A stretch of DNA of 64,000 nucleotides from Sulfurimonadaceae bacterium (GTDB taxonomy: Bacteria > Campylobacterota > Campylobacteria > Campylobacterales > Sulfurimonadaceae). The notes below the pieces were generated by a model, which saw only the letters and a program-made list of their open reading frames with translations, made no database searches and was not told the origin of the DNA. Shown here one piece after another: positions 29,275 through 39,490 of the stretch. Where the stretch lies: positions 57,216 to 121,215 of the forward strand of contig JBFESZ010000001.1 in the NCBI GenBank assembly GCA_041548245.1. The letters run 5' to 3'. The first letter of the stretch is position 1. Every line of letters begins with the position of its first letter. Made by a program: the position numbers and the translations under genes.

Positions 29275-29676
29275 ATGAACAAAATCGTATTTAACCTTCT
29301 TCTATTTATCAGTACCGCTTTTGCCGAAGTAATCAACCAATATCCCACTCAGAATCTTGTTGATTCAGATGTAAAGATCATAGACATTCGTACACTGGGC
29401 GAATGGAGAGAAACAGGCGTTTTAAAAGGAGCGATTCCTTTGACCTTCTTTGACATCTTTGGTAACTACAATATTCCCGTATTTATGGCAAAACTTCGTT
29501 CCCATGTAAAAGAGGGGGAGAAGTTTGCGATCATCTGTCATGTCGGAAGTCGTACCGCCATGCTTGCTGAATACCTTGACAAGGAGCAGCACATGCGAGT
29601 CATCAACCTGCTTGGCGGAATGGATTATGCCGCAAAAAAAGGGCTGAGTATTGTCCCTTATACAGAAAATAAGTGA
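29275..29676 (+). CDS. Periplasmic rhodanese-like sulfurtransferase
   Basis: Signal peptide; IIDIRT..EW..G, active-site CHVGSRT, NL.GG. Confidence 0.88.
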   Translation: MNKIVFNLLLFISTAFAEVINQYPTQNLVDSDVKIIDIRTLGEWRETGVLKGAIPLTFFDIFGNYNIPVFMAKLRSHVKEGEKFAIICHVGSRTAMLAEYLDKEQHMRVINLLGGMDYAAKKGLSIVPYTENK

Positions 29677-29803
29677 AAAAAAGAGTTCTGACTATCTTAC
29701 ATGTCCTCTTCGCCATTGCGACAAGACTCCTTCTTGTCTCTTCGCTGATAGCACTTTTTTCATACAGTTTGTATCTTATTTTAGACCTGATATTGAATTA
29801 AGC

Positions 29804-30058
29804 TTATTCACTTATCTCAACGCCTTTGTCTTTTGCGATCTCATTTAACAGTCCACCCATCTTCTTCGCAGCATCTATCATCTCATCGTCACTATGCTCC
29901 TGCAGTATCATTCTGGCAATCTCCGGTAGGACTTTGAGGTAAACCTCTTTGGCATCTTCATAGCTGAGTTTTCCCTCTTGAATATTCCCTGCTGTCGAAT
30001 GCAGTACCATTGCCAGACCCAGAAAAAGTTCTTGACTATTAAGTTCTATGCTTTCCAT
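29804..30058 (-). CDS. Hypothetical protein
   Basis: 84-aa ORF with AAGGA RBS. Confidence 0.65.
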   Translation of the reverse strand: MESIELNSQELFLGLAMVLHSTAGNIQEGKLSYEDAKEVYLKVLPEIARMILQEHSDDEMIDAAKKMGGLLNEIAKDKGVEISE

Positions 30059-30112
30059 ATCTTTCCTTTAGGAACTAAGTTTGCTTGGCATTATACTAAA
30101 AAGGAGAGTCCA

Positions 30113-31363
30113 TTGAAGCGTATAGATGAGTTACCCTTAAAAATTAAGCTCTATATCCTTCTTGGCCTTCTTATTATGGGTCTTTGCGTTATCGGTGCCA
30201 TAGGCTATCTTAACCTGCACAAGATGAAAAAGAATATGGACTCGCTCTACTTTGGAAGCTATATTCCCGTGACAGAACTCAGCCGTATACAAAACATCTA
30301 TAACAGAGATATCAGCTTTGTCTTCCATCAACTTAAAAACAGTGCCATCCTTCCTCTTGAAGTAGCTGAAAGGATCTCATTAAGCCGAAAAGAGATCTTG
30401 GAAACCTGGTCTTCATATAAATCGCATTTCAAACGTAATGATGAACTTGAGTATGTCAAATACGCGGACCAGGAACTACGTCACTCCAGTAACTATCTCA
30501 GACGTTTAAGTATTGCCATTTCTGAACTCGATACGCAAGGCCTCTCTCGACTCTCTAGCGATATCCTCACAAAAAACGTAACGCATATGGATGAAGTCAT
30601 TAACAAAATCATCTCCTATGAAAAAGAGATTGCACAGTATGAACGCAAGAACTTTTTGAATACCTATGATGAGACGATTTATCAATTGATCGCTATATTG
30701 ATCATCATCATAACAGCCGCAGTCATGATTATCGCCCCGATCTTTCAAAGTATTCAAAACAACGAACTCTCTTTAATCAACACGTCTAAAAAACTTCAGG
30801 TGGCCAATAAGAAACTGGAGACGGCTTCCATAACAGACCCGCTGACAGAGCTTTACAATCGACGCTATTTCAATCTTGTCTATAACCGGGAACTCACACG
30901 CTGTATCCGTGAAAACCAAAGTATGGCTTTTATGATGCTCGATATTGACTACTTTAAAGGATACAATGACTTCTACGGTCACCTGCAAGGTGATGCTACC
31001 CTCAAAGCAGTTGCCAAGGTAATGAAAAGCGCACTTCAACGACCTGGAGACTATCTTTTTCGTCTGGGGGGCGAGGAGTTCGGAATATTGATCTCCAATA
31101 TTACGGAAGAGAATGCCTACCACATGGCTGAAAAAATTCGCCAAAGTATCTACAGGCTACAGATCGAACACAAAAAAAGCAAGACATCCGATTATCTATC
31201 AACATCCATTGGTGTAGTCGTACTACGGCCCGATAAGAAAATCGATCCGGAAAGTATCATCAGCCGTGCAGATGACAACCTTTATGCAGCCAAGGAGGAG
31301 GGAAGAAACCGGGTTATCCAAACATGCCTGCAAAACTGTGAAGAGCTTAGCCAGTCTGCCTGA
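30113..31363 (+). CDS. Diguanylate cyclase with a periplasmic four-helix-bundle sensor
   Basis: TTG start at 30113 after AAGGAG; 2 TM helices; DPLT.LYNR, DIDYFK.YND, RPGD I-site, GGEEF. Confidence 0.9.
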   Translation: MKRIDELPLKIKLYILLGLLIMGLCVIGAIGYLNLHKMKKNMDSLYFGSYIPVTELSRIQNIYNRDISFVFHQLKNSAILPLEVAERISLSRKEILETWSSYKSHFKRNDELEYVKYADQELRHSSNYLRRLSIAISELDTQGLSRLSSDILTKNVTHMDEVINKIISYEKEIAQYERKNFLNTYDETIYQLIAILIIIITAAVMIIAPIFQSIQNNELSLINTSKKLQVANKKLETASITDPLTELYNRRYFNLVYNRELTRCIRENQSMAFMMLDIDYFKGYNDFYGHLQGDATLKAVAKVMKSALQRPGDYLFRLGGEEFGILISNITEENAYHMAEKIRQSIYRLQIEHKKSKTSDYLSTSIGVVVLRPDKKIDPESIISRADDNLYAAKEEGRNRVIQTCLQNCEELSQSA

Positions 31364-31699
31364 TCACTTCTTGAAGCGAAACCCCTCTTTTTCAAACAAT
31401 TCACGCAGACGATCCTTGCAATCACCTTGAAACTCCATAAACTCATCTTTGAGACTGCCGCCACTTCCCAAAGACTTCTTTATCTTTTTCAACAAAGCAC
31501 TGCTCTCCTCTTTTTTCAGACAGATCGGACCAATAAGTGTCACCGGCTTTCCGCGACGCTTTTCAAACTTGAAAACCAGTTGATGCTTGGCAGGTTCAAG
31601 CAGCACTTTTCTTGATAGTGCTTTTTTCTCTTCGACAACACTCCATTCGTCTTCAAAGTTTGCACCAATATTCAAATCAAGTTTTTTCCCCTTAGCCAT
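31364..31699 (-). CDS. yciH: Translation initiation factor SUI1/YciH family
   Basis: EKRRGKPVT...K.LG.GGS.K....EFQGD; start MAKGK at 31699. Confidence 0.85.
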   Translation of the reverse strand: MAKGKKLDLNIGANFEDEWSVVEEKKALSRKVLLEPAKHQLVFKFEKRRGKPVTLIGPICLKKEESSALLKKIKKSLGSGGSLKDEFMEFQGDCKDRLRELFEKEGFRFKK

Positions 31700-31907
31700 C
31701 CAACTCTCCAATGTATTTAAAACGCTTAACCTTTTTCCCTTCAAACACGACATCCTCTGTAAACATGCCCAAAGGTCGAACCCATAATGAGAAATCTCCG
31801 TAAAGTGTCCTATAGATGACCATTTCCTCTTCTGTCTCACTGTGGCGGGCCAGACCTACCACCTCATATAAGGGACCTTTATAATGCTGATACTTTCCTG
31901 TTTTCAA
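31692..31907 (-). CDS. DUF1653 protein
   Basis: G.YQHYKG..Y.V...ARHSETEE.MV.YR.LYG...LWVRP..MF. Confidence 0.9.
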   Translation of the reverse strand: MKTGKYQHYKGPLYEVVGLARHSETEEEMVIYRTLYGDFSLWVRPLGMFTEDVVFEGKKVKRFKYIGELDG

Positions 31908-31909
31908 GA

Positions 31910-34114
31910 CTAGAACAACCTCTTTAATGGATTAACTGATGTCGATTTAAAATCAAGATTTATCCCATCCAAGGCACCTTGCTTGGAGTTCAAAACAGAA
32001 CCGATATCACCAAAGTCTGCACTTATGCCTTCACTGGAGCTTCCTATATTTTTCATCACCCCGGATCTGAGATCCTGCTCAAACTCTCTTGCTTTTTCAG
32101 TTGCCATTGTCTTCAACCCTGCAGACAGCTGTCTGTCCAAGTCACTTGAAACTTCAACTGAGGGTTCTTCTAAAGCTCCGTGCACCTTAATCTCCATATT
32201 AAACTGTGTAATGCCTTCTAAAAGATCATTTACCAGCTTTTGTGAAGGCATCTGTAGACTTGCTTGCTTTACTTTGACATGACTTAGAGCACTCAAAGTC
32301 TTATCGATCATCTCACCCTTGAGTGTCGCATCTGTGAGTATATCATTCATCGTTAATGTCTGTATATTTATCTGCGCCTTTTTAAATTCTGTCACTTTGA
32401 CATCAAAACTTGTTTTCGCTTTATCCTCGCGTCTGTCATCAACAAGGTTTACTACGATCTGTCGGTATTGAGTCCCCTTGGCATCCGCCTTCATAAGCAT
32501 AGGTTTTTTGTACAGTTTTTGATTGCTTGAGAAATCTTTCATATTGACCTGCAACTCATCTTTCTCAAGCACTACATTGATATCAGCCTTCTTGATTACA
32601 AGTTCAGGTATATTTGAAAGATTTGCATACTTGATCCAACGCCCCTCTCCTCGTGGAGGGTTTACCTCTTTTACTTCATCCGCATTGGTATCATCTAAAT
32701 ATGGCTTTAGTATCTCATAATAATAAAGCGCTTTTTTCAAATAAAGACCGATTTCATTATTGAACAGAGTACCTATGAGGTTTGCTCCACCGGAAGTATT
32801 GAATGCATACTTCTGTTTCAAACGTTGTATATCCTCAGCAGGCAAATCCTGGAGTTCATTGATACGCTTGTTTATACTTTTTTGATCGGCATCAAACTCT
32901 TTTTGCAAGTCTGCATATTTGCCCTTAAGTTTTTCAAGCTTTGTTTTCAGCCTGTCAATATCCTTTTTTGCCATAAGGGCCGTTTGTACATCTGCCTCTT
33001 TAAGACTCTTTTGCAAAGCCAGAGCATCTGCTTTGATCTCCTCCACATCATTGGAAGATCTCAGTTCGGCTGACATCTTTTCCCATTTTTCTTGTGTTGC
33101 TTTAATGTCTTTGCGCAGTGCTTTAGGCTCTTCTATAGACTTCAGACTCTCTTTTGCCAAGATATCATCCACACTTGGAAAGGCAAATGGTACTGTAAAA
33201 AAGCCCGTTTTTGTATCAGCTTCTTCCGCACTCTTAGGTGCTTCATGTCCAGCTGAAGTTCCATAAGGTTCTGCAGGAGTCTGGCGTAAGACGCCAAATG
33301 CTAGAGCATTCACACCGAGTTCTTCGATCATCACTTTCTTTTCCACTAATGCAGCGAAAGCAAGATCAAATCCGATCGATCCTATCTGTACAAGATTGTG
33401 TGTCAATTGATCTTTATCGGCAACCTCTACACCTGAAATCTTCACTTTTAAATCACTTAGATCTGAGTGGAGGTCATCGATACTGACTTCACTTTGCAAA
33501 GTGTATGAGAGAGATTTTTCCAAAGCCATCTTTGCGAGCGGATCAAAAAGAAAGACCATAAAGAGCATGACAAGTGCAACCAATCCGCCAAACACTCCAA
33601 GACCCCACCAACGGAAAACTGAACTGGAAATCGCTTCTTCGTTGAACAGTTTCATCCATCTCGTCACCTTCCATTCGTTCAGTCGCTGTCCCAATTGGAC
33701 ACGGTATAGCCTGATAAACTTGTTGAGTATAAAGTACATCGGCAAAGACAAAACAACAGAGACAAGCAGCGATCCTGTAACAAGCGTGTAATTAAATGCA
33801 CTCCATCGAAAGATTGCAGAGTTATATAAAGTAGTAAAGAAGCCGTTCAAGCTCTCATGTGTCAGTACTGCATAACCTATGGATTCAAAAATCGGGTCAA
33901 ACAGATACCCGATTCCTCCAAAGATCACAGAAAAAAGAAGAAAAAGACCAAAGTTCACATTCAATACAAGTGCTAAAAAGAGAAGAGCGAAAAGAATAAG
34001 AGAACTACTTGGCAGAAAACCTGCAAACATAGCCAGTATAACAGCTATACTGAGCTGCCAGGACTTACCTGAAGAGTTGAGTGCTTTAAAGAGTTTACGT
34101 GCGAAATTAAACAT
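31910..34114 (-). CDS. TIGR03546 (DUF2062-like) + TIGR03545 (AsmA-like) fusion protein
   Basis: N-terminal KLFKALNS...WQL..A, LDP..E.IG, FN.T.V.GS membrane domain, then a TM helix, a beta-rich region with a coiled-coil insert and RG.GRWI.Y. Confidence 0.75.
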   Translation of the reverse strand: MFNFARKLFKALNSSGKSWQLSIAVILAMFAGFLPSSSLILFALLFLALVLNVNFGLFLLFSVIFGGIGYLFDPIFESIGYAVLTHESLNGFFTTLYNSAIFRWSAFNYTLVTGSLLVSVVLSLPMYFILNKFIRLYRVQLGQRLNEWKVTRWMKLFNEEAISSSVFRWWGLGVFGGLVALVMLFMVFLFDPLAKMALEKSLSYTLQSEVSIDDLHSDLSDLKVKISGVEVADKDQLTHNLVQIGSIGFDLAFAALVEKKVMIEELGVNALAFGVLRQTPAEPYGTSAGHEAPKSAEEADTKTGFFTVPFAFPSVDDILAKESLKSIEEPKALRKDIKATQEKWEKMSAELRSSNDVEEIKADALALQKSLKEADVQTALMAKKDIDRLKTKLEKLKGKYADLQKEFDADQKSINKRINELQDLPAEDIQRLKQKYAFNTSGGANLIGTLFNNEIGLYLKKALYYYEILKPYLDDTNADEVKEVNPPRGEGRWIKYANLSNIPELVIKKADINVVLEKDELQVNMKDFSSNQKLYKKPMLMKADAKGTQYRQIVVNLVDDRREDKAKTSFDVKVTEFKKAQINIQTLTMNDILTDATLKGEMIDKTLSALSHVKVKQASLQMPSQKLVNDLLEGITQFNMEIKVHGALEEPSVEVSSDLDRQLSAGLKTMATEKAREFEQDLRSGVMKNIGSSSEGISADFGDIGSVLNSKQGALDGINLDFKSTSVNPLKRLF

Positions 34115-34224
34115 CGTTTTCCTTTACTGATAAAGTGCTTTATTCTACACTACGTTCACTAAAAGGTATGTTTAACCATTGAGACTAATTGGAGAAAATC
34201 AACCAGGGTTTTACCCCAAAGGCC

Positions 34225-35049
34225 TTAGACCACTCTTTGGTGAAGGTAAGCAATTCCCTCTTCATCCAGCTTATCGGCTACGACTTTGCAAAGAATAGGG
34301 TTTTTACAATGCAATCTGTTGTCATACAACACGACATATATCTCATCGCCCTCTTGCAGGAAAGTTCTTTCCCCGTAACTGGTATAACGTGTTGCACCTA
34401 TGCTTATTAGCATCTGTGCAGGATAGTTACATGCTTTTATATATTCTGATATATTTTCTAAAGGGCCACCATCTTCCTGGTTATTTAGCTTCTCTAGCAT
34501 CCATTCAAGTAGTTGGCCATAAAAATAGCTGTACCCTGATATCTCGACATCTTCACCATATCTGAAGACATCGCCGTTACGGCGTATAAAAGAAGAAATA
34601 CGCCAGTTATCAAGCATTCCCCCCTTTTCAAACTTGTCCAAAGGAATAAGATTCTCACCGATGCCCTTCGTATCACTGCCCCAATTCTTCTTTTCAGAGA
34701 TCTTTGAGGCACCTTTTTTACGGATAGAACAGTCGTTATAAGGACCAAAAGCAATCGGCTTGATTGAAGAAACTTTGCCTTCTTTGTATTCCAGGTCACA
34801 CAAAAGTGCGACTTCGGGCTCCGCTTGGATATTTTCTTGAACACCATGAAGAGCCTGCTTTGAAGAAGAGAGAGGATATTCAGACAATATGCCCATGTTC
34901 GCGCCAGGAAGATAAAAAGGGAAAATCCCCTTAGGGGCATTCTCCTCATCTACCTGAATATTTACGAAATCTTCATCCTCACCTGCTTGCTGCAGATGCA
35001 GGGCGAAATTCCCCGCAATTCCTAAACCGATGATATCTTTATAGTCCAT
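34225..35049 (-). CDS. DUF5718-like protein (possible FAH-type fold)
   Basis: GLGIAGNFA.HL.QAGE, APKG.FPFY, Q.EPEVAL, NDCSIR, KISEKKNWG; overlaps the ABC-F stop codon. Confidence 0.7.
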   Translation of the reverse strand: MDYKDIIGLGIAGNFALHLQQAGEDEDFVNIQVDEENAPKGIFPFYLPGANMGILSEYPLSSSKQALHGVQENIQAEPEVALLCDLEYKEGKVSSIKPIAFGPYNDCSIRKKGASKISEKKNWGSDTKGIGENLIPLDKFEKGGMLDNWRISSFIRRNGDVFRYGEDVEISGYSYFYGQLLEWMLEKLNNQEDGGPLENISEYIKACNYPAQMLISIGATRYTSYGERTFLQEGDEIYVVLYDNRLHCKNPILCKVVADKLDEEGIAYLHQRVV

Positions 35050-36650
35050 TAGTGCCCGTGTGCCTCAGCAAACTCTTCATATGTCCCTTTGAAATCAGTG
35101 ACACTTCCATCCGAATTCAATGAGATGATACGTGTAGCAAAAGCATCAAGCAACTCACGGTCATGCGAAGTACAGATTACATTTCCGCTAAAGTTTCTCA
35201 AGCCTTCTCCAAGTGCAATAATAGCTTCTAGGTCAAGGTGGTTGGTAGGTTCATCCAGAACCAGGAAGTTACCCTCTTCAAGCATCATTTTTGAAAGCAT
35301 CATACGGTGTTTTTCACCCCCCGAGATACTCACGACCGATTTTTCCTGCTGCTCTCCGTTAAAAAGCATACGTCCTAAACAGTTACGGATCTCGGCAATA
35401 TCGCGCTTAGGATCAAATGCACGTAACCAGTCATATAGCGTCCCATCACCAGATATTGTCTCGACTGTATCCTGAGGGAAGTACGAAGGCTCGACTGTCG
35501 CACCCCATTTCACTTCGCCCTCTGTCGGCTTAATCTCTTCCATGATGATTTTTAAGAGTGTCGACTTACCGATACCATTCGGCCCGATAACAGCGATCTT
35601 CTCACCCGGTTCAATTCGTACAGAAAAACCATTGATCAGCTTTCCTCCACCTTCGCCGTAATCATGTGAAATATTGATAAGTTCAAGTGCTTCATCCCCC
35701 ATCTGACGCTTGGCTTTGAACACAATACTCGGATCACGTCTAGAGGATGGCTTGATATCTTCAATGTTGATCTTCTCAAGCTGTTTTTGACGCGATGTTG
35801 CCTGTTTTGCTTTCGATGCATTAGCGGAGAAACGGCGAACGAACGCTTCAAGATCGGCCTTCTCTTTTTCTGCTTTTGCGCGGTCAGCTTCCTGCTGTTT
35901 CGCCATGACAGTAGAGGCAATATACCAATCATCATAGTTACCCGTGAATTGACGGATTTTTTGATAATCCACATCCAGGATATTCGTTACAACCGAATTG
36001 ATGAAGTGCCTATCGTGAGAGATAACAACCATAGTCCCCTCATGACGCTTCAACTCCTCTTCAAGCCAGCCGATTGTCTCGATATCAAGGTTGTTCGTCG
36101 GCTCATCCAAGAAGAGTACCTCCGGCTTTGGAAAGAGTACCTGAGCCAAAAGAACCTTGATCTTTGTAGAGGATTCTACTGTCGACATCAAATCATTATG
36201 AATTTCTGAAGGGATACCCAGATTTTCAAGAATCTTAGTGATGCGAACATCATATTCATAGGTCGGATCCTCTTCAACACAGATCGTTTCAAGCTCTGCA
36301 AGACGGTTGTTTGTCTCATCTGATTCAAAATCACCGTTAATATACAGATCTTCCTTCTCTTTGATCGCATCATACAGACGGCGATTACCATAAAGTACAG
36401 CATCCATCATCGTAAAGTCTTCAAAGGCAAACTGATTTTGCCCCAATACGCCGACTTTAAGTCCCGAACCGACAGAGACTTCCCCCTCATATTCCGTGAT
36501 CTGCCCCGAAAGGATCTTCAAAAATGTCGTCTTACCTGCACCATTCGCTCCAATAAGTCCGTATCGCTTATGCTGATCAAGCTTTAGATTAACATGATCA
36601 AAAAGAACGCGTGAACCATAACGCATCGTTAAATTAGTAACTGTAACCAT
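35049..36650 (-). CDS. ABC-F family ATPase (YbiT-like)
   Basis: Two ABC domains (GANGAGKT, GPNGIGKS, LDEPTN x2), no TM segments, FSANASKAKQATSR linker. Confidence 0.92.
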   Translation of the reverse strand: MVTVTNLTMRYGSRVLFDHVNLKLDQHKRYGLIGANGAGKTTFLKILSGQITEYEGEVSVGSGLKVGVLGQNQFAFEDFTMMDAVLYGNRRLYDAIKEKEDLYINGDFESDETNNRLAELETICVEEDPTYEYDVRITKILENLGIPSEIHNDLMSTVESSTKIKVLLAQVLFPKPEVLFLDEPTNNLDIETIGWLEEELKRHEGTMVVISHDRHFINSVVTNILDVDYQKIRQFTGNYDDWYIASTVMAKQQEADRAKAEKEKADLEAFVRRFSANASKAKQATSRQKQLEKINIEDIKPSSRRDPSIVFKAKRQMGDEALELINISHDYGEGGGKLINGFSVRIEPGEKIAVIGPNGIGKSTLLKIIMEEIKPTEGEVKWGATVEPSYFPQDTVETISGDGTLYDWLRAFDPKRDIAEIRNCLGRMLFNGEQQEKSVVSISGGEKHRMMLSKMMLEEGNFLVLDEPTNHLDLEAIIALGEGLRNFSGNVICTSHDRELLDAFATRIISLNSDGSVTDFKGTYEEFAEAHGH

Positions 36651-36848
36651 ATTTTTGTACCTTAGTCAAAAGGCCTTATGCAAACTTGTCTTGAAAGTTT
36701 CTATAAGACCCTGTTTAATGTTTTTGGAATTATAACTAATATGAGGTTAAGAGCGGTTTATAGATTTAAATGCACTCAAACTAAACTATTGAACCAAGAG
36801 GCCAGGTCCAAGAGAAAGTTACCTGTCTTACGGTATGGGTTTATCGAT

Positions 36849-38972
36849 TTATACCTCGACAATCTTGTCATCCAGGGTATCTAGCCCTTTATTATACTCT
36901 TTAGATCGCATCGAGGTAAAGTTGATTTTCAAGTTCCTATATTGCTGTATACTGGATAAGAGGTCTTCAAGCATACTGTCATACCCGAACAACTCTTCAT
37001 AGCGTGCAAAAGCCTTTTTCAGTGCATTTTCTGGCACCTTTGCCTTGGCTGCCTGTTCTATCTGCGCCCAATAGGCTATTTTAACCATATGATGGATGGA
37101 AGGTTTTTTTGACTTTATGTTTGCAAACTTTTCCATGACTTTTTTGACTGCCGCCACATTCCCCACAGCCGCATAGTTCTCCGCTTTTTCATAATAGTCT
37201 GAAAACTCATTTTCTATATCTTCAGCGATCTTAGTATCTTCAAGATAGGGGTGCTCTTCGATCATATTGTAGACGACTGCAAATTTTTTCTCGGCATAAT
37301 ACTGCATCGTCTCTGCATAGATGTTTGCCTTCTGCCTGAGATTTTCAGCAAACTCCTTGTGGGCAGGAAAATAGGACAAGGTGTCACACAGTTTTACAGA
37401 GTCGTAAAACCCTCCTTCATTAAAAGCCTTTTGTGTCTTCTCTTGAAACATTTCCCCTACTTTTAACAGGTTCTCATACTCTTCCAACTCCTCAATAAAG
37501 GAGTGCCCGCTTGCCAGTTTGATCGCATTAAAGTAGTCTTTTTCCATAAGGTATTTTCTAAACAGCGTAAAAATGTTCCTATTGGTATATATGCTCTTGA
37601 TAATGAGATTTTTCCCTGCGACCCCTCGAAAAGGCTTGAATAACTGTTTGATCTTCTCTTCGCTTGACTTTTCATTGATGATCTTGCGAACGACCGCCAA
37701 TACCTTACGCCACTCCTCTTCCATCTTCTCGAACTCCGGCGTCTCTTTAAGTGTTGGATACTCCGCTGCCATAGAGTACGCCATCACGTACTTTTTACTT
37801 TTTATGGCCTTTTTAAAACTGGAGAAAAGTGCAAAATCATTAAACAGCTTCTGTACAATAAGACGTTTTTCTGATGAAGCTGTAAAGTTTTTCAACAACT
37901 CTTTTGCTTCGTTCTTTTTCTCTGCACGCAAAAGTCTTTTTGCATGTTCATAGACACGTGAAAAAAGCTTTTCCAAAGATTCATATTCATCCGAATAGCG
38001 CAGCAGCGGATTCTCTTCAACCATGACATAACATTGATGAAAGTTCTTTGCTTGCATAAGCTCCATAAACGCCTGGTTCTCTAAACCCAACTCATAAATA
38101 GGAACATGGCCATTGCTCAATCCAAAGACAAGCCGTTTCTTATCATCATCATACTGCATCTGTGTCACACCGGCTAGCTGCTTTAAAAAATTGACCTTTA
38201 AGAGCTTATTCTCTTTGAGATGATAGAGCCCTACCATACCACGGATGCCCGCGACAAACAAAAAGTTTTCCTCTTTATCTACACACACAGCCGTAATATG
38301 CGAATCAAACTTTGGAAGACGCGCGATGACACTGGATTTGAGAATATCCCAAAGCAATACAGTCCCCACTTTGTCCGTAGAAAGAAGTCTCTGCCCAGAG
38401 AGAAAGGTCACTGTTGTAACAGCAAATTGATGCGAAATAAGTTTATAGTGGTTCTTGCGAAAAGAGCGGTTAAAGACCTTGATGACTTTGTCATATCCCG
38501 CCGTAGCTACCCAGCGGCCGGTATCATTACTCGAGATTGCTAAAATAGCATCACTGTGATGCGACAGGGTATCCACTTTCTTACCCGTTGTGACACTCCA
38601 CATATAGAGTCTGCCTTCCATTCCGCCGGTAATGAGGTATTTGCTGTCTTTTGTAAAAGCAACTCTCTCTACACCTCCAGGGTGATTGACAATAGAATGC
38701 ACAAACTTTCGGGAATTACGATCCAGGATGGAGACCTCTTTAAGATCCTTGTTGTATAAGCTCAGGTAGTTACCATCCGGCGAAATCGCGGTATTGTTGA
38801 CATAGGGAACCGTTGCTGGCAGTTTGACTTTAAAACCATCTACAAGTTTAGATGTATTCATATCAAAAATACGAAAAGAGTTATTTGTGTCCAGACAAGC
38901 AAGTTTGCCATTATTCAACAACTGTATGGTATGAACACCGTCATCAAGATCAAACTGTCGGCTTATTTTCAT
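36849..38972 (-). CDS. WD40 beta-propeller plus alpha-helical repeat protein
   Basis: N-terminal H.....V.F..D..YLITGG.EG.L..W type repeats; C-terminal 84-85 aa helical repeats. Confidence 0.85.
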   Translation of the reverse strand: MKISRQFDLDDGVHTIQLLNNGKLACLDTNNSFRIFDMNTSKLVDGFKVKLPATVPYVNNTAISPDGNYLSLYNKDLKEVSILDRNSRKFVHSIVNHPGGVERVAFTKDSKYLITGGMEGRLYMWSVTTGKKVDTLSHHSDAILAISSNDTGRWVATAGYDKVIKVFNRSFRKNHYKLISHQFAVTTVTFLSGQRLLSTDKVGTVLLWDILKSSVIARLPKFDSHITAVCVDKEENFLFVAGIRGMVGLYHLKENKLLKVNFLKQLAGVTQMQYDDDKKRLVFGLSNGHVPIYELGLENQAFMELMQAKNFHQCYVMVEENPLLRYSDEYESLEKLFSRVYEHAKRLLRAEKKNEAKELLKNFTASSEKRLIVQKLFNDFALFSSFKKAIKSKKYVMAYSMAAEYPTLKETPEFEKMEEEWRKVLAVVRKIINEKSSEEKIKQLFKPFRGVAGKNLIIKSIYTNRNIFTLFRKYLMEKDYFNAIKLASGHSFIEELEEYENLLKVGEMFQEKTQKAFNEGGFYDSVKLCDTLSYFPAHKEFAENLRQKANIYAETMQYYAEKKFAVVYNMIEEHPYLEDTKIAEDIENEFSDYYEKAENYAAVGNVAAVKKVMEKFANIKSKKPSIHHMVKIAYWAQIEQAAKAKVPENALKKAFARYEELFGYDSMLEDLLSSIQQYRNLKINFTSMRSKEYNKGLDTLDDKIVEV

Positions 38973-38986
38973 AGGGACCTTTTATG

Positions 38987-39421
38987 CTATGCACAACATT
39001 TTTTGTACTTTTTCCCGCTGCCGCAAGGACATAAATCGTTTCGAGAGATCTCTGCAGGGAGTATCTCTCCTCTATCGTACTTCAAGCGTCCATCTTCATC
39101 AATAAAATAGGAATGCTCTTTCATCACCCTGATTTGAGTATTCTCTTTATAGTATGCCATAAATGTGACCTCATAGTCACTTTCATCGAGAATTTCAAGG
39201 CCGATCCACTCTATATTATGCTGATTGATGGCTTCAATATCATCTGGGTCTTGTAAGGCTTTAGAACAAGTATCATAGAGGTACTTTCCATTTTTAAGGA
39301 CATATGCACTATAGCGCGATCGCATCAATTCGACCGCTTTTTCTGGCATTTGAACTTCATTGATAAATCTTTGGCAACACTCTTCAAAAGCGAGACCGCT
39401 GCCGCATATACAGGTTTTCAT
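38987..39421 (-). CDS. YchJ family protein with SEC-C motifs
   Basis: [35 protein letters not shown]. Confidence 0.9.
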   Translation of the reverse strand: MKTCICGSGLAFEECCQRFINEVQMPEKAVELMRSRYSAYVLKNGKYLYDTCSKALQDPDDIEAINQHNIEWIGLEILDESDYEVTFMAYYKENTQIRVMKEHSYFIDEDGRLKYDRGEILPAEISRNDLCPCGSGKKYKKCCA

Positions 39422-39490
39422 ACCCGACAGCATAGCAAAAACTGTTTTGTATCAACCTAAACTAAAAACATCAAAGAATAAAAGCTAAGT

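Noticed and set aside
29690-29763. Possible 23-aa minus-strand ORF or sRNA with a GACAAGA/TCTTGTC hairpin
   Set aside because: The RBS is weak, and a hairpin between convergent genes is adequately explained as a terminator.
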